Part shown: piece after piece, positions 1-13,636 of the stretch
How positions within the stretch are numbered: the stretch's first letter is position 1
Layout: the number at the start of each line of letters is the position of its first letter
Assembly: GCA_964016885.1 (NCBI GenBank)
Contig: OZ024758.1
Span: 17,732,001-17,796,000, forward strand
Direction: 5' to 3'
Source of the DNA: Eledone cirrhosa
Lineage: Eukaryota
DNA length: 64,000 nt
Program-made: the position numbers and the translations under genes
Notes under the pieces: model-generated
Told to the model about the DNA's origin: nothing
The model's input: the letters and a program-made list of their open reading frames with translations, nothing else
Database searches by the model: none

Positions 1-127
1 ACAAGTTCATAGATCACTTCTCTCTTTTCCTCTCTCTTCAAAATTTTGAATTTATGGCCTTTTGCAATGGCGGCCAAGTATATATAATATATATGAAGCA
101 AAGAAAAGAAAATTTTCACTGATATGA

Positions 128-378
128 AAGATTTCCTGGTAGAAGTTCAGGTGTATTCAGTGATTGGTATCCAGTTTCGGGGTATCCAATTAGAAAATCC
201 AACGAATCTTTAAGAGGGGTCCACGCAACCATTGATATATATATCTATATATGTAAAATGCAAGCAGAAATGACAACGAAAGATTTCCTGGTAGAAGTTC
301 AGGTGTATTCAGTGTTGGTATCCAGTGTTGGGGTATCCAATTAGAAAATCCAACGAATTTTGAGAGGGGTCCACGCAA
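128..378. repeat. Direct duplication of a ~100-bp unit (128-228 / 279-378)
   Basis: AAAGATTTCCTGGTAGAAGTTCAGGTG...GAGGGGTCCACGCAA occurs twice with few substitutions. Confidence 0.85.
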
Positions 379-1009
379 GCATATATATAGATATATATAT
401 GTATATATGCAAAATGCAAGCAGAAATAACAACACATATACTAATGAACATACATTAAACACAGAGGGACTGTAAATGATGATAGCAATATCTAGATATA
501 AATATATAAATGTACATATCTCTATTGGTCTCATAAATTTTAAATTTTCTCTTTCCTCTTGTGTGTGTGTAGCAACACGTGGTTGTGTGTTGCTGCTGAC
601 TCTAGCAGAGCCCAAGAAAACACGTCTTGCCCTAACAGCTGCTGCTCCCTATATCTATACATAAAGACACACATATATATATATATAAAGACACACATCA
701 TCATCATCATCATTTTACATCCGCTTTTCCCTGCTTGCATATATATAAACACACAGACACATATGTTCATATGTGTGTGTGAATGTACAATATAACTGAA
801 CATATGAAATCATATGTTCAATGTATATTTGGTTTATTTATTACCATTTTAAATCATTCTTTATTTCTTCATATCGATTTGCCTCTATTTACTTAATCAG
901 TTGAGAATGTTATCCAATCAACTTATGAATGAATAGTGTCAGTACCAAAATAGAATGGAAAGAATATTAACATAAATTATTAAATATAGTAAAGTACTTT
1001 TAGATGTTG

Positions 1010-1500
1010 GTGTCATGACAAAAAGCACCCAGCCCACTCTGTGAAGTGGTCCTGTAGGAATTATGACAAAAAAGCACCCAGCCCACACTGGTAGTAGTCA
1101 TGTAGAAGTTATGACAAAAAGCACCCAGCACACATTATTAATATGGTTGGCGGTGGATTGGCAGTATCGGTAGAGGGTCAGACGCCATGCTTTCCAGCAT
1201 AGTTACGTCCCTTTACGATCTGAGCTCAAATCCCGCCGAGGTTGACTTTGCTTTTCATCCTTACATGGTCGATAAAATAAAGTACCAGTAATGCACTGGA
1301 TAATTGCGGGCCTTGTGCCTAAAGTAGAAACAATTATTAATATGGTTGGCGTTAGGAAGGGCATCCAGCCAGAGAAGACAAGCCAGAAACAGTTCTGTGT
1401 GAGCAAGAGGGGTCTCCTGATCCAACTTGCCTCAAAACGTGACAACTGGTCTGGCCCATACTAACATGGAAAAATAGATGCTAAACGATGATGATGCTGA
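1010..1500 (+). mobile_element. RTE-related 3' module, (ATG)n-tailed, interrupted by a SINE-A
   Basis: Tandem AAAAGCACCCAGC subunits, GGCGTTAGGAAGGGCATCCAGC motif, CATGGAAAAATAGATGCTAAACGATGATGAT end; SINE at ~1149-1332 flanked by TSD ATTATTAATATGGTT (1134-1148 / 1333-1347). Confidence 0.75.
1149..1335 (+). mobile_element. SINE family A (tRNA-derived head, Nin/Deu-like core, ATT tail)
   Basis: A-box-like TGGCAGTATCGG, B-box-like GAGCTCAAATCC, core TTTTCATCCTTAC..GGTCGATAAAATAAAGTACC; about 25 similar copies in the window. Confidence 0.9.
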
Positions 1501-1509
1501 TTATAATAA

Positions 1510-1890
1510 TAATTGTTTCTACTTTAGGCACAAGGCCAGCAATTACCCAGTGCATTACTGGTACTTTATTTTATCGACCCCGTAAGGATGAAAGGCAAAG
1601 TCAACCTCGGCGGGATTTGAACTCAGATCATAAAGGGACGTAACTATGCTGGAAAGCATGGCGTCCGACCCTCCACCGATACTGCCAATCCACCACCCTA
1701 ATAATTGTTTCTACTTTAGGCACAAGGCCAGCAATTACCCAGTGCATTACTGGTACTTTATTTTATCGACCCCGTAAGGATGAAAGGCAAAGTCAACCTC
1801 GGCGGGATTTGAACTCAGATCGTAAAGGGACGTAACTATGCTGGAAAGCATGGCGTCCGACCCTCTACCGATACTGCCAATCCACCGACC
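1510..1890 (-). mobile_element. Two tandem SINE-A copies
   Basis: Two near-identical ~190-bp reverse-complement copies. Confidence 0.9.
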
Positions 1891-2624
1891 ATTATATTAA
1901 TAATGATTATAATAATAATGATGGCACTTAACCTTTTGCCTGACTGACAAACCAAAACTAACAACAGTTAAGTAACACCATTAGTTTGTTTCCTCATAAC
2001 ATTTTTATTAATGCATATTTTTATTAAAAGTTTGAAGAAATAAATTGTCCATGGTGCTGATTGCGAAAAATCTGATGAAATTAAGAAAAATAATTCATAT
2101 TTAAAAAAAATATATATTCATTATTGAAGGGGCTTCGTTTACCTTAAAAATGTGAGGGGGACAAACCAACATTTGTTGATTCTTAAGAGAGCATGTTAGT
2201 ATTGCTTATGGTGCCTTTCCCAATGTTATGCTAATTAAATTTTATATGTTCAAATGAAGTTGAGATATAAAAAAATAAACTTAAAAAGAAATTTATTATA
2301 TCAGATATACAAAAAATAAATTGGGGGAACTTGTCACCTGCCCCATCCCCCCCCCCCCCGAAACAAGGCCCTTGCATTATTGTATAGTTCAGTTCGTTAA
2401 TGTTTCCTTCCACTTGCTGTATATTTTTAATTCATGTTTGTCGTAGACTAAACATAAACTGGGAAACTTTTCATCACAACTTCTAAATTGTAAATAATTA
2501 ATTTTAATCAGTAAAATGTAGATTTACTACAAGAACATATTTATTTATTCATTAAATTTAAACATCCGTATAGAGCTAATAAGCCATGACATACTAGGAG
2601 AAGTATCGCATAACTTACAGGTGA

Positions 2625-2732
2625 TAATCGTTCCTACTTTTAGCACAAGGCCAGCAATTATCCTAGTGTATTACTGGTGCTTTATTTTATCGACCCCGTA
2701 AGGATGAAGGACAAAGTTAACCTCGGTGGGAT
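2625..2732 (-). mobile_element. Partial SINE-A
   Basis: 3' half of the family A sequence. Confidence 0.8.
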
Positions 2733-2843
2733 TAATCAAAAAGAGCTAGTGAGACAAGTAAGAAAATAAAAAAAATTTAAAACAGGGGGAAAAAATAAAA
2801 TAAAAATAAAATTTCAAATATTGAAAGCCAATTGGAGGCAGAT

Positions 2844-3324
2844 TCATCATCATCATCATTTTACGTCTGCTTTCCCCTGCTTGCAAGGGTGGGATGGGTC
2901 CTATTCAGCACAGCATATCTCCACTTGTCATGGTCCTTCGTCATCTCCTTTGTGAGCTTCAGCGATCTGAGGTCCACTCTCACCACCTCCACCCATGTTT
3001 TTCGTGCTCTTCCTCTACTGTGTCTTCCCTCTACTGGCATTTCTTGGCACTTCTTTACCCAGCAGTCATCCTCCGTGCGCATCACATGTCCATACCATCG
3101 CAGTCTTCTCTCCCGCACACCACAACTTACCCCTCTTACACACAGTTTCTCTCTCAACTCATCTATGCTTGATTGTTCACGCACATTGACATTGCACATC
3201 CAACGGAGCATGCTTGCTTCATTTCTCTCCAGCCATCGCATATCCTCTGAAGTTGCTGCCCATGTCTCACTACCATGCAGCATCATGCATATCACACAGT
3301 CATCATATAACTGGCCTTTCATAT
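2844..3324 (-). mobile_element. 5'-truncated RTE-clade LINE (ORF C-terminus plus (ATG)n tail)
   Basis: ORF 2861-3328: MLHGSETWA...RLRWYGHVMR...GRARKTW; homologous to 59736-60782; ends in ATGATGATG. Confidence 0.92.
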
Positions 3325-4405
3325 GCAAAAGAAAAGAGAAAACACGGGAAGCTGTAAAACTGCTAGAAGTTTCTCATGTTGAATCTTTTTGTAGCTTCCA
3401 TGTGCTGAAAGATTTTGTTTATATTTGGTAGACCTGTAATCTTATATTGAACTTCCAATCTTGGTAGTTTTTTAAAGATTGGTTTTGACATGATGTCACT
3501 TCTAAATTGTAAAGAAAAAAAAAATAGAATTGAAACAATGTTTCTTTTCAATCTCATCAACATAATTATAATGTACATCATAGAAAATGTCATTCTAAAT
3601 ATATATAAATTAGCGCATCTTTCATTTGTCCGTCACACAATTTCTGTGTGTGTTTGTAGAATGTATGTTTGTGTAAAACGAGGAAAGGGGATTGTGAAAA
3701 AACTACAGCAAAGCAGCAACTGGCGTTCCATTTGCTATGCTGTGTGTGAGTGTATGTGTAAACGTGTGTGTGTGTGTGTGTTTGTAGAATATATGTGTAT
3801 TTGTATGAATGTAAGCCTGTGAATGTGTGTTTGTGTAAATGTATCTGTGTTTACATCTTTATATTTTTATACTCATACATATAAATTTATACATATGCAC
3901 ATACACACATACACACAAATATACACATACACATCCTGTTGAAAAAAAATCTTAGTCTATAAAATTTCATATGTATTATTAAGAAAGTTATCAGAAAACA
4001 AAGCATTGGCTGGTGGGGCCCTAAACTTTATTTATGCCTATTTCACTTGAATTTGGTTATTAACAAAAATCATTATATTCATTCATCTATTATTTCAGAA
4101 TCTTCTATAAAACTTCATATCTCAAATTTTCTTTTTCCCATCTTACTTGTCTATATTATATTTTCAAATGTTTATCAAATCCTTAACTGATGTATCTCCT
4201 CTCTCATTCTTTATCTATAGTTTCATTTTTCTTTCTACTAGTTTCTAGTTATGCTATTAGTTCTTAATATCTAGGAGCATTTCCTCTCTTTCGTCTCAAT
4301 AGATACAATATAGGACTTCTCTACACACATACTGATTTTATTCATCCAGTCATTATTCTATTGATGTACCATTCCTTCAATATCTCCTCCTTTACGTAAC
4401 ATTAT

Positions 4406-4407
<2 letters not shown>

Positions 4408-4442
<35 letters not shown>

Positions 4443-4555
4443 TGGTTCGATAAATTTATATATATGTGGATATGTGTGTGTGTGTGTGTAAATATATATG
4501 TATATATATATGTATATATAGTAATAATAATAATAATAATATATGTGGATATATA

Positions 4556-4632
<77 letters not shown>

Positions 4633-4652
4633 TTATATATATATATATACAC

Positions 4653-4696
<44 letters not shown>

Positions 4697-4757
4697 TTAT
4701 ATATACATATATATTTATATATATATATATATATACACAAATGTTTGTATATATATA

Positions 4758-4809
<52 letters not shown>

Positions 4810-4961
4810 TTATATATATATATATATACACAAATGTTTGTATATATTTATATATTATATATGTATATATATTGTATATATATATATATTGTATATATAT
4901 ATATATTATATATATATATTATATATAGATATATATTGTATATATATATATATTATATATA

Positions 4962-5050
<89 letters not shown>

Positions 5051-5055
5051 AATGT

Positions 5056-5115
<60 letters not shown>

Positions 5116-5220
5116 ATTTATATATATTTATATATATATATATATATATATATTCATATATATATATACAAATATATATACAAATATATATACAAATGTT
5201 TGTGTATATATATATATATT
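4408..5220. repeat. Compound (TA)n microsatellite
   Basis: Directly visible. Confidence 0.97.
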
Positions 5221-5459
5221 TGTGTCAAAATGTTTTGTTTCTTTCTTTGAGTTTTGGCAACATTAAATAAAAAAAAAAAAAAAGTTATATTCCACCATAT
5301 TTTTGTTTTTACAATATTTACAATTCATCATTTCAGAATTCTATTTGTGTTTTATGGTTATGACCAAGAGGCTTGTAAATCTTGGCATAAAATGTAAGGT
5401 GCTGCTGAGCTATATGAGTTGTCGTAGTTACTGATAATTCCTGAATGTGACTATGTGGT

Positions 5460-5470
5460 TATATGTGTGT

Positions 5471-5516
<46 letters not shown>

Positions 5517-5567
5517 CATCACCATCATTGTTTTTGTGCCCGCTTTTCTTTTCCATGCTTGCATGTG

Positions 5568-5621
<54 letters not shown>

Positions 5622-5729
5622 TATATGTATATATATATATGTACATATATGTATATATATATATATATGTACACACATATATATATATATATGTACATAT
5701 ATATATATATATGTACATATATAGGTACA

Positions 5730-5760
<31 letters not shown>

Positions 5761-5987
5761 GTACATATATGTATATATATCTATATATGTACATATATGT
5801 ATATATATATATATGTACATATATGTATATATATATATATATAAATATATATACATATATATATACACACACAAATATATGTATATATGTATATTTATAT
5901 TTATATATGTATATATATATATATATATACAAATGTATGTATATTTATATGTATATATGTATATATATGTATATATATGTATGTATG

Positions 5988-6027
<40 letters not shown>

Positions 6028-6126
6028 TATATGTATATATATATTTATATGTATATATACATTTATACATAAACATAAACAAGCACACATACAAACACAC
6101 ACAAATATATATACATACATACACAC

Positions 6127-6186
<60 letters not shown>

Positions 6187-6188
6187 AT

Positions 6189-6219
<31 letters not shown>

Positions 6220-6332
6220 TATATGTATGTATATGTATATATATATATATATATATGCATATATGTATATGTATATTTATATGTATATATATATTTATAC
6301 ACAAACATAAACAAACACACTTACAAACACAC

Positions 6333-6395
<63 letters not shown>
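5460..6395. repeat. (TG)n/(TA)n compound microsatellite
   Basis: Directly visible. Confidence 0.97.
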
Positions 6396-6769
6396 GTGTA
6401 GTATAAAATCAATGATATGCTGAATTACTAATGTAAAGTTTCTGATTATAGAGAATAACTTATTGAAAATGAAAATAAAATTTACTAGAATTTAATACAC
6501 ACAGTTATATACACCCCACAGCATATATACATGTATGTGTGTCTCACACAGTTTTTCTATATGTAGGTTTTGGTATATATGTGTTAGTGATTATGTGCCT
6601 GTATATAAAGTAATTTGCCTGTATTGTAATGAATATGTATATACAGTTATATAGACTGACAGACAGACACTTACATATATAGCTATACAATATGACATGT
6701 TAATATATTAATATATACCTATACCCCACTGTCACACCTTCTCTTCCTCTCCCCTCTCTCTGAATACAT

Positions 6770-6820
<51 letters not shown>

Positions 6821-7336
6821 CATATATTTCATATTTTTTTCTTGACTACAAAAGCAAAAAAGTGAAACCATATAACTAACAACTAACAAACTAACAAATA
6901 TAAAATAAAGAAATAATAAAACATACCACAATCAATAAAAATAAAACCAACCCTCCAAACTTCAACCAGCACAGAAGCACACAGAACCTCACAGAACCAG
7001 CACAGAACCACACAGAACCACACAGCACTACAGCGACACACAACATTCTCACATAAAAACCAACATATCAGATTTTTCTATTCTTTTGTGTGAGAAGCCC
7101 TGCAGTTGAGTAACCAAGCATTTATCAACTATTATCAGATTAACTCGAAAAGAATCCACTAGACAAAGATCATTTTGAAACTTTAACTATGGTCACTAGA
7201 GTGAACTAAAACTATTTCCTGTAGTTGTGAATATTTTTCATGGAAGAAAAGGGAAAACAAATGAAAGCATTATGTGTATATTTGTGTGCATGTGTGTGTT
7301 TGTGTATTATGCATGCATATAAGTATATATATATAT

Positions 7337-7375
<39 letters not shown>

Positions 7376-7411
7376 CGCACACATAGATAATTATGTATTC
7401 AGTCAGCCATC

Positions 7412-7458
<47 letters not shown>

Positions 7459-7953
7459 TTATATATGCCTAAACACACAGACACACAAACACACACATAC
7501 ACACACACAGTCACACAGACACACACATATATATATACATAACTATATATATATATATTTATATATGCATAAATATATATATATTTATTTGGAAAAAATG
7601 AAATTTCATTTCTCACTCTTAGTACGAAACCGAACATTATAGTAAATGTTCGGTAAACCCATACGTACATATATATATATGTGTGCATGTATGTATGTAT
7701 ATACGTACTACTGTACGTCTGTATACATATATGTATGTACGTATACATACTTATATATATATATATTTATATATATATATAAATATATATATATATTTAT
7801 ATATACATAAATATATACATATTTATATATACATAAATATATACATATCTATATATACATAAATATATACATATCTACATATACATAAATATATACATAT
7901 CTATATAAGTTTAGGAATAACCAAAGAGTGCTTAGAAATACATTGTTTTATTT

Positions 7954-7998
7954 GCTAACAGTGTTTCATCCATACCCTAGGGCAGGAATCATCAGAGC
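7954..7998 (-). ncRNA. Minimal type I hammerhead ribozyme motif
   Basis: Minus strand: GCT CTGATGA TTCCTGCCC-TA-GGGTATGGAT GAAAC ACT GTT AGC, then AAATAAA; stem I GCT/AGC. Confidence 0.75.
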
Positions 7999-8067
7999 TC
8001 ATAAACAAAAATATATCAAAGTTTGCAGGCTCCATCGAGCTCAGTCAACAGAACAAGGATAGAGGAT

Positions 8068-8691
8068 AAGTAGAGGGGTCCCAGGCCAGCGCTGTATAGA
8101 ACAAGACAAAATACATGATACATATCATGTCATAGAAAATCACATCAAAAGTTTATTACATAAATGGTGGAATATATCATAAGGAGGTTGAGAGAGGAGA
8201 GCAAGAAATGAATGAGGGTGTTACTCAGCATGATCAAAAAACAAAACAAAGCATAGACTCATCAATTCACAAGCAGTGCAAATACATGATTTACAGGCAG
8301 AGTATGAAAGCTTGTAAGCAGGAGTCAGTAAAAAGAGAAGTTGGTTAGCTGTGGTGCAGCTTTACAGGTAGGATTGTCTATAGGAACGATGGTGCACTCC
8401 AGTGGTATCGCCTTGTAACAGGTCGATTTCTCCATATCAGACCACCACACTCTATCCATTGGTTCCAGACAAGTAGAGGGGTCCCAGGCTAGCACTGTAT
8501 AGAACAACTCAAAATATATGATACATATAATGTCATAGAAAATCACATGAAAAGTTTATCACATAAATGGTGGAATATATCATAAGGAGGTTGAGAGAGG
8601 AGAGCAAGAAATGAATGAGGGTGTTATTCAGCATGATAAAAAAACAAAACAAAGCATAGACACATCAATTCACAAGCAGTGCAAATACATG
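8068..8691. repeat. Direct duplication of ~222 bp (8068-8290 / 8470-8691)
   Basis: AAGTAGAGGGGTCCCAGGC...GCAGTGCAAATACATG repeated; lies just upstream (minus strand) of the hammerhead at 7954. Confidence 0.9.
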
Positions 8692-8845
8692 CTATATATA
8701 CATATACATTATATATATATATATATATTATATATGTATATATATATGGTCAATTGAATACACACGTTTTTTTTGTTCTTAAAAAATGTTTGTTCCATTC
8801 CTTCCTCTTCTCACTTCTTTCTATTTCATCATTTATTTCTCATTC

Positions 8846-8885
8846 TATATTTTGATGAAGGACTATTGTCCAAAACGTTAAGACT
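8846..8885 (+). ncRNA. Degenerate hammerhead motif
   Basis: TTGATGA AGGAC-TATT-GTCC AAAAC GTT AAGA, with two core substitutions; flanks resemble 24075-24230. Confidence 0.45.
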
Positions 8886-8997
8886 ATTTACCTACAATAT
8901 CACCTGTGAAACTAATAGATTTCTTCATTGTACTCTGTCTGCTTTCTTATTTCTGTTTACTTTTTCCACACACACACTATTTTTTACGCTCTCTTCT

Positions 8998-9611
8998 GAA
9001 ATTCTCCCTCCTCTTTCTGTTCAAACCAGTGATAACTGGCTGCTCATACTATTGTTAAGGTATTGTTCTCAAAATAAATAATATCAATATCTCATAGATT
9101 CGATATTATGTGAGATAATTTTGTGTGATAAAGCCTTTACCATGGAAATACAATAGAGTAATGTATTTCCATGTGAGTTAATTATGTAAGATAATAATGC
9201 GAGATAAAGCCTTTACTATATATAGAGTAATGTAAATGTTATGTGAGATATTATGTGAGGTAAAGCCTTTACCGTGAAAATACAATAGTATATATAGAAT
9301 AATGTAAATATTATGGGAGATAATTATGTGAATTAAAGCCTTTACCATGAAAATACAATAGTATATATAGAGTAATGTAAATGTTATATGAGATATTATG
9401 TGAGGTAAAGCCTTTACCGTGAAAATACAATAGTATATATAGAATAATGTAAATATTATGGGAGATAATTATGTGAATTAAAGCCTTTACAATGAAAATA
9501 CAATAGTATATATAGAGTAATGCAAATATTATGTGAGATATTATGTGAGGTAAAGACTTTACTGTGAAAATACAGTAGTATATATAGAGTAATGTAAATA
9601 CTAAAGGGTTG
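8998..9611 (+). mobile_element. piggyBac-like MITE (5'-truncated) with an internal ~65-bp minisatellite expansion
   Basis: Matches the body of 27415-27639; the ATTATGTGAG...AAAGCCTTTACC...AATGTAAAT unit is repeated ~8x; ends CTAAAGGGTT. Confidence 0.75.
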
Positions 9612-9811
9612 ATATTTAAAAAGATTTCCCAGATTTTAGAATATATAGGTATTGATAACCATTAAAATTTATCCTCTGTTACAGTTTTCTTCAATCATTG
9701 CTAAACAATCACACTATACATCCCTTACTTATTTGTCATTGAATGTCAAATTGCATGTTATATGCTTTACAAAGGCATGCCAACCACACAAACACAATTC
9801 AATATCTGAAT

Positions 9812-10022
9812 GTAAGGTACTCAATACATAGGTAGAATGTGTACAACAAATTTAATATAGAAATGGATTCTACAAGAATAGAACTGTTTCATTCAAAGGA
9901 AATCATCATGAAAGATATCTGATGATTTCCTTCGAATGAAACAGTTCTCATCTATATTAAATTTGTTGTATACACTCTACTAATATATTGAGTACGTTAC
10001 CCCCGATCGAACCTGGGACTCG
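9812..10022 (+). mobile_element. Fold-back element with hammerhead core at the apex (Penelope-like pLTR remnant candidate)
   Basis: Inverted arms 9812-9908 / 9919-10000; CTGATGA TTTCCTTCGAAT GAAAC AGTT at 9919; same family at 62106-62307. Confidence 0.7.
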
Positions 10023-10030
10023 TATGCGTA

Positions 10031-10100
<70 letters not shown>

Positions 10101-10176
10101 CAAATAAAGATTCAGCGAGAATCGCATTTTGGCGGGCAGGAAAGGCGAAGCGAAACGCAAAATATATATATATATG

Positions 10177-10207
<31 letters not shown>

Positions 10208-10208
<1 letters not shown>

Positions 10209-10395
10209 ATTGTTTCTACTTTTGGCACAAGGCCAGCAATTATCCCAGTGTATTACTGGTACTTTATTTTATCGACCCCGTAAGGATGAAAGGCAAAGTT
10301 AACCTCAGCGGGATTTGAACTCAGACCATAAAGAACCGTAACTCTTTTTTGCTGCAAAGCATGGTGTCCGATCCTCTACCGAAACTGCCAATCCA
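10208..10395 (-). mobile_element. SINE-A
   Basis: Family match. Confidence 0.9.
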
Positions 10396-10433
10396 ATAAA
10401 ATGTAGTTTGCTTGAAGCATTGTATATATATAA

Positions 10434-10634
10434 CGTTGAAAGAGATAGAAGGTTAAACAATGTGAAATGGACTATAAGATGAGGTAACGAAAAGTAAGTT
10501 ACCTGGTAAGCTTTGTTTTTTTCTTGTTGTTGTTGTTCTACAACAAAAACAAAACAAAGGTTACCAGGTAACTTACTTTTCGTTACCTCATCTTACAGTC
10601 CATGTCACATTGTTTAACCTTCTATCTCTTTCAA

Positions 10635-10636
<2 letters not shown>
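10434..10636. repeat. ~87-bp inverted repeat (fold-back) in TA context
   Basis: TTGAAAGAGATAGAAGGTTAAACAATGTG...GTTACCTGGTAA and its reverse complement. Confidence 0.9.
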
Positions 10637-10674
<38 letters not shown>

Positions 10675-10869
10675 GTATGTATGTGCATATGTATGTATGT
10701 GTATATATATGCATGTATGTGTATATGTATGTATGTATATATGTATGTGTATGTATGTGTATGTATGTATGTTTATGTATGTATATATGTATGTATGTAT
10801 ATACATATATATATATACATATATACATATATATATATATATACATATGTATGTATATACATATATATG

Positions 10870-10919
<50 letters not shown>

Positions 10920-11012
10920 CATACATACATATATACATACATATGTATACATATATATGCAAGCATGGGAGATGGACGTTAAACGATGATGATGATGATG
11001 ATGATACATATG

Positions 11013-11058
<46 letters not shown>

Positions 11059-11597
11059 CATATATACATACACATACATACATACACATACATACACATA
11101 CATACATACACACATATATATATATATAATGTATATATATCCTTGTGTATACAACAAGGCATTGAAGCATTTTTATAACTTTAGAAGCATCAATATATTT
11201 AGATCTGTGTAACAAGGAATGTCTTAGTTTTTTTTTATTCTATATACTTTTTCTTCATACATTGCTTTAAGAACTACATGGGAAACCATGTGTTCATGTG
11301 CAAATACTTGTATTTCCATACATTTCACTTCACTATTTGCATTTACATACAAGTATATGAATGTGTACGCAAGCAAGCATGGTCAATCATTGGCATAGTG
11401 TATATGACATTGCATGTCTTAATGTAAACATTTACCAAGAGTACTGCATGCACATGCATGTTTAATTGCAGCTGTTCATGTGACTCTATATACATACAAA
11501 TTATTTATATGTCCATGTAGAAATAACTACTGATATGTATTTAAAAATAAATATACATATGTTTCTATATATATACATACAAATCATTTTTGTGTCC

Positions 11598-11667
<70 letters not shown>

Positions 11668-11780
11668 GTAATAATTTGTATGTATATATAGAAACATATA
11701 TCTACTGATATGCATTTAAAGAAAAAAAAAATGTATATATATATATATATATATATATGATATATATATATATATATATA

Positions 11781-11865
<85 letters not shown>

Positions 11866-11886
11866 CATATGTATCATCATCATCAT

Positions 11887-12400
11887 CAGTAATAGAGAAG
11901 ACCCGCCTTACCTAAATACAAAGTAAAAACCTACTACAGTCAGTAGGCATCTCTATCAAAACACCCCCCCGTCCCACCACCTCCACCCCATCCACACCGC
12001 CCCTTTCAATGTAAAGTTATGTTGGTCCCACAACATCCAGGCCGAAACAAATGAGATCGTGTAGTTGTCACGACAAAAAAACACACAGTCCACGCTGTAA
12101 ATGTGGCCGTGTAGGCAACACGGTAAAAACCTCCCAGCCCCACACTGTAAATGTGGTTGGTGTTAGGAAGGGCATCCAGCTGTAGAAAACCCGCCAGACA
12201 GTCCACGCTGTAATGTGGCCGTGTAGGCAACACGGTAAAAACCTCCCAGCCCGACACTGTAAATGTGGTTGGTGTTAGGAAGGGCATCCAACTGTAGAAA
12301 TCCCGCCAGACAGTCCTATGCGAGCAAGACAACCACTCTTGCCTCAAGTGGGAAAACCCCCGTCCAAACCCATGCAAGCATGGAACACGGACGCTAAACC

Positions 12401-12429
<29 letters not shown>
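11887..12429 (+). mobile_element. RTE 3' end (last codons plus 3' UTR), same family as 59736-61278
   Basis: Nearly identical to 60753-61278, starting CAGTAATAGAGAAGACCCGCCTTACCTAA; (TGA)n tail. Confidence 0.93.
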
Positions 12430-12431
<2 letters not shown>

Positions 12432-12451
12432 ATATATATATATATATATAT

Positions 12452-12842
12452 CATCATCATCATCATCATCATCGTTTAACGTCCATATTCCACGCTTGCA
12501 TGGGTTTGGATGGGAGTTTTCCCACTTGAGGCAAGAGTAGTTGTCTTGCTCGCATAGGACTGTCTGGCAGGTTTTCTACGGCTGGATGCCCTTCCGAACA
12601 CCAACCATATTTACAGTGTGGAACTGGGAGGTTTTTACCGTGTTACCTACACGGCCACATTACAGCGTGGACTGTGTGTTTTTTTGTTGTGACACCTACA
12701 CAACCTCGTTTGTTTCGGGCTGGATGTTGTGGTACCAACATAACTTTACATTGAAAGGAGTGGTGTGGATGGGGCGGGGGTAGTGGGACGGGGGTGTATT
12801 TTGTTAGAGGTGCCTACTGACTGTAGTAGGATTCACTTTGCA
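12452..12842 (-). mobile_element. RTE 3' UTR copy, tail-to-tail with 11887-12429
   Basis: Reverse complement of the same UTR; followed by a repeated AGTAGGTTTCACTTTGCA unit. Confidence 0.9.
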
Positions 12843-12958
12843 AGTAGGTTTCACTTTGCAAGTAGGTTTCACTTTGCATATATATATATTAAAATATTTG
12901 CATATATATATATTAAAATATAAATATTAATAAAATGGAAGTTCTTTTGATCAATTAC

Positions 12959-13011
12959 ATTTTATTATACATATTTCGGATGTACAATAGTACGACCTCA
13001 TCAGACAAAAC
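12959..13011 (-). ncRNA. Type I hammerhead ribozyme motif
   Basis: Minus strand: GTTTTGT CTGATGA GG-TC-GTAC-TATT-GTAC-AT-CC GAAA TA-TG-TAT A ATAAAAT; predicted AUA cleavage site. Confidence 0.8.
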
Positions 13012-13171
13012 ATAATGATACATGACATACCATTCTTTGACATACTCATTGAATATTGTTTAACACTTTAATATATATATATATATATATGTTTCTATCA
13101 TGATCATCATTTTCCGTCGGCTTTTCCCTGCTATATATGCATACAAATTATTTTTGTGTCAATGCATATAT

Positions 13172-13599
13172 ATCATCATCATCATCGTTTAACATCCATC
13201 TTCCACGATTGCACGGCTTTGGACGGGAGTTTTCCCACTTGAGGCAAGATTGGTTGTCCAGCTCGTATAGGACTGTCTGACGGGTTTTTTAAGGCTGGAA
13301 ACCCTTCCTAACACCAACCACGTTTACAGTGTGGACTGAGAGGTTTTTACCGTGTTACCTACACGGCCACATTACAGCGTGGACTGTGTGTTTTTTTGTC
13401 ATGTCACCTACACGTCTGGCAGGTTTTCTATGGCTGGATGCCCTTCCTAACACCAACCACATTTACAGTGTGGACTGGGAGGTTTTTACCGTGTTACCTA
13501 CATGGCCACATTACAGCGTGGACTCTGTGTTTTTTCTTGTCGTGACACCTACATGACCTCATTTGTTTCAGACTCGATGTTGTGGTACCAACATAACTT

Positions 13600-13601
<2 letters not shown>
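13172..13601 (-). mobile_element. RTE 3' UTR copy with internal duplication
   Basis: Family match to 60790-61278. Confidence 0.85.
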
Positions 13602-13635
<34 letters not shown>

Positions 13636-13636
13636 G

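Noticed and set aside
4358-6423. Long YIYI/CVCV ORFs here and throughout the ORF track
   Set aside because: Translations of (TA)n/(TG)n microsatellites, with no coding signal
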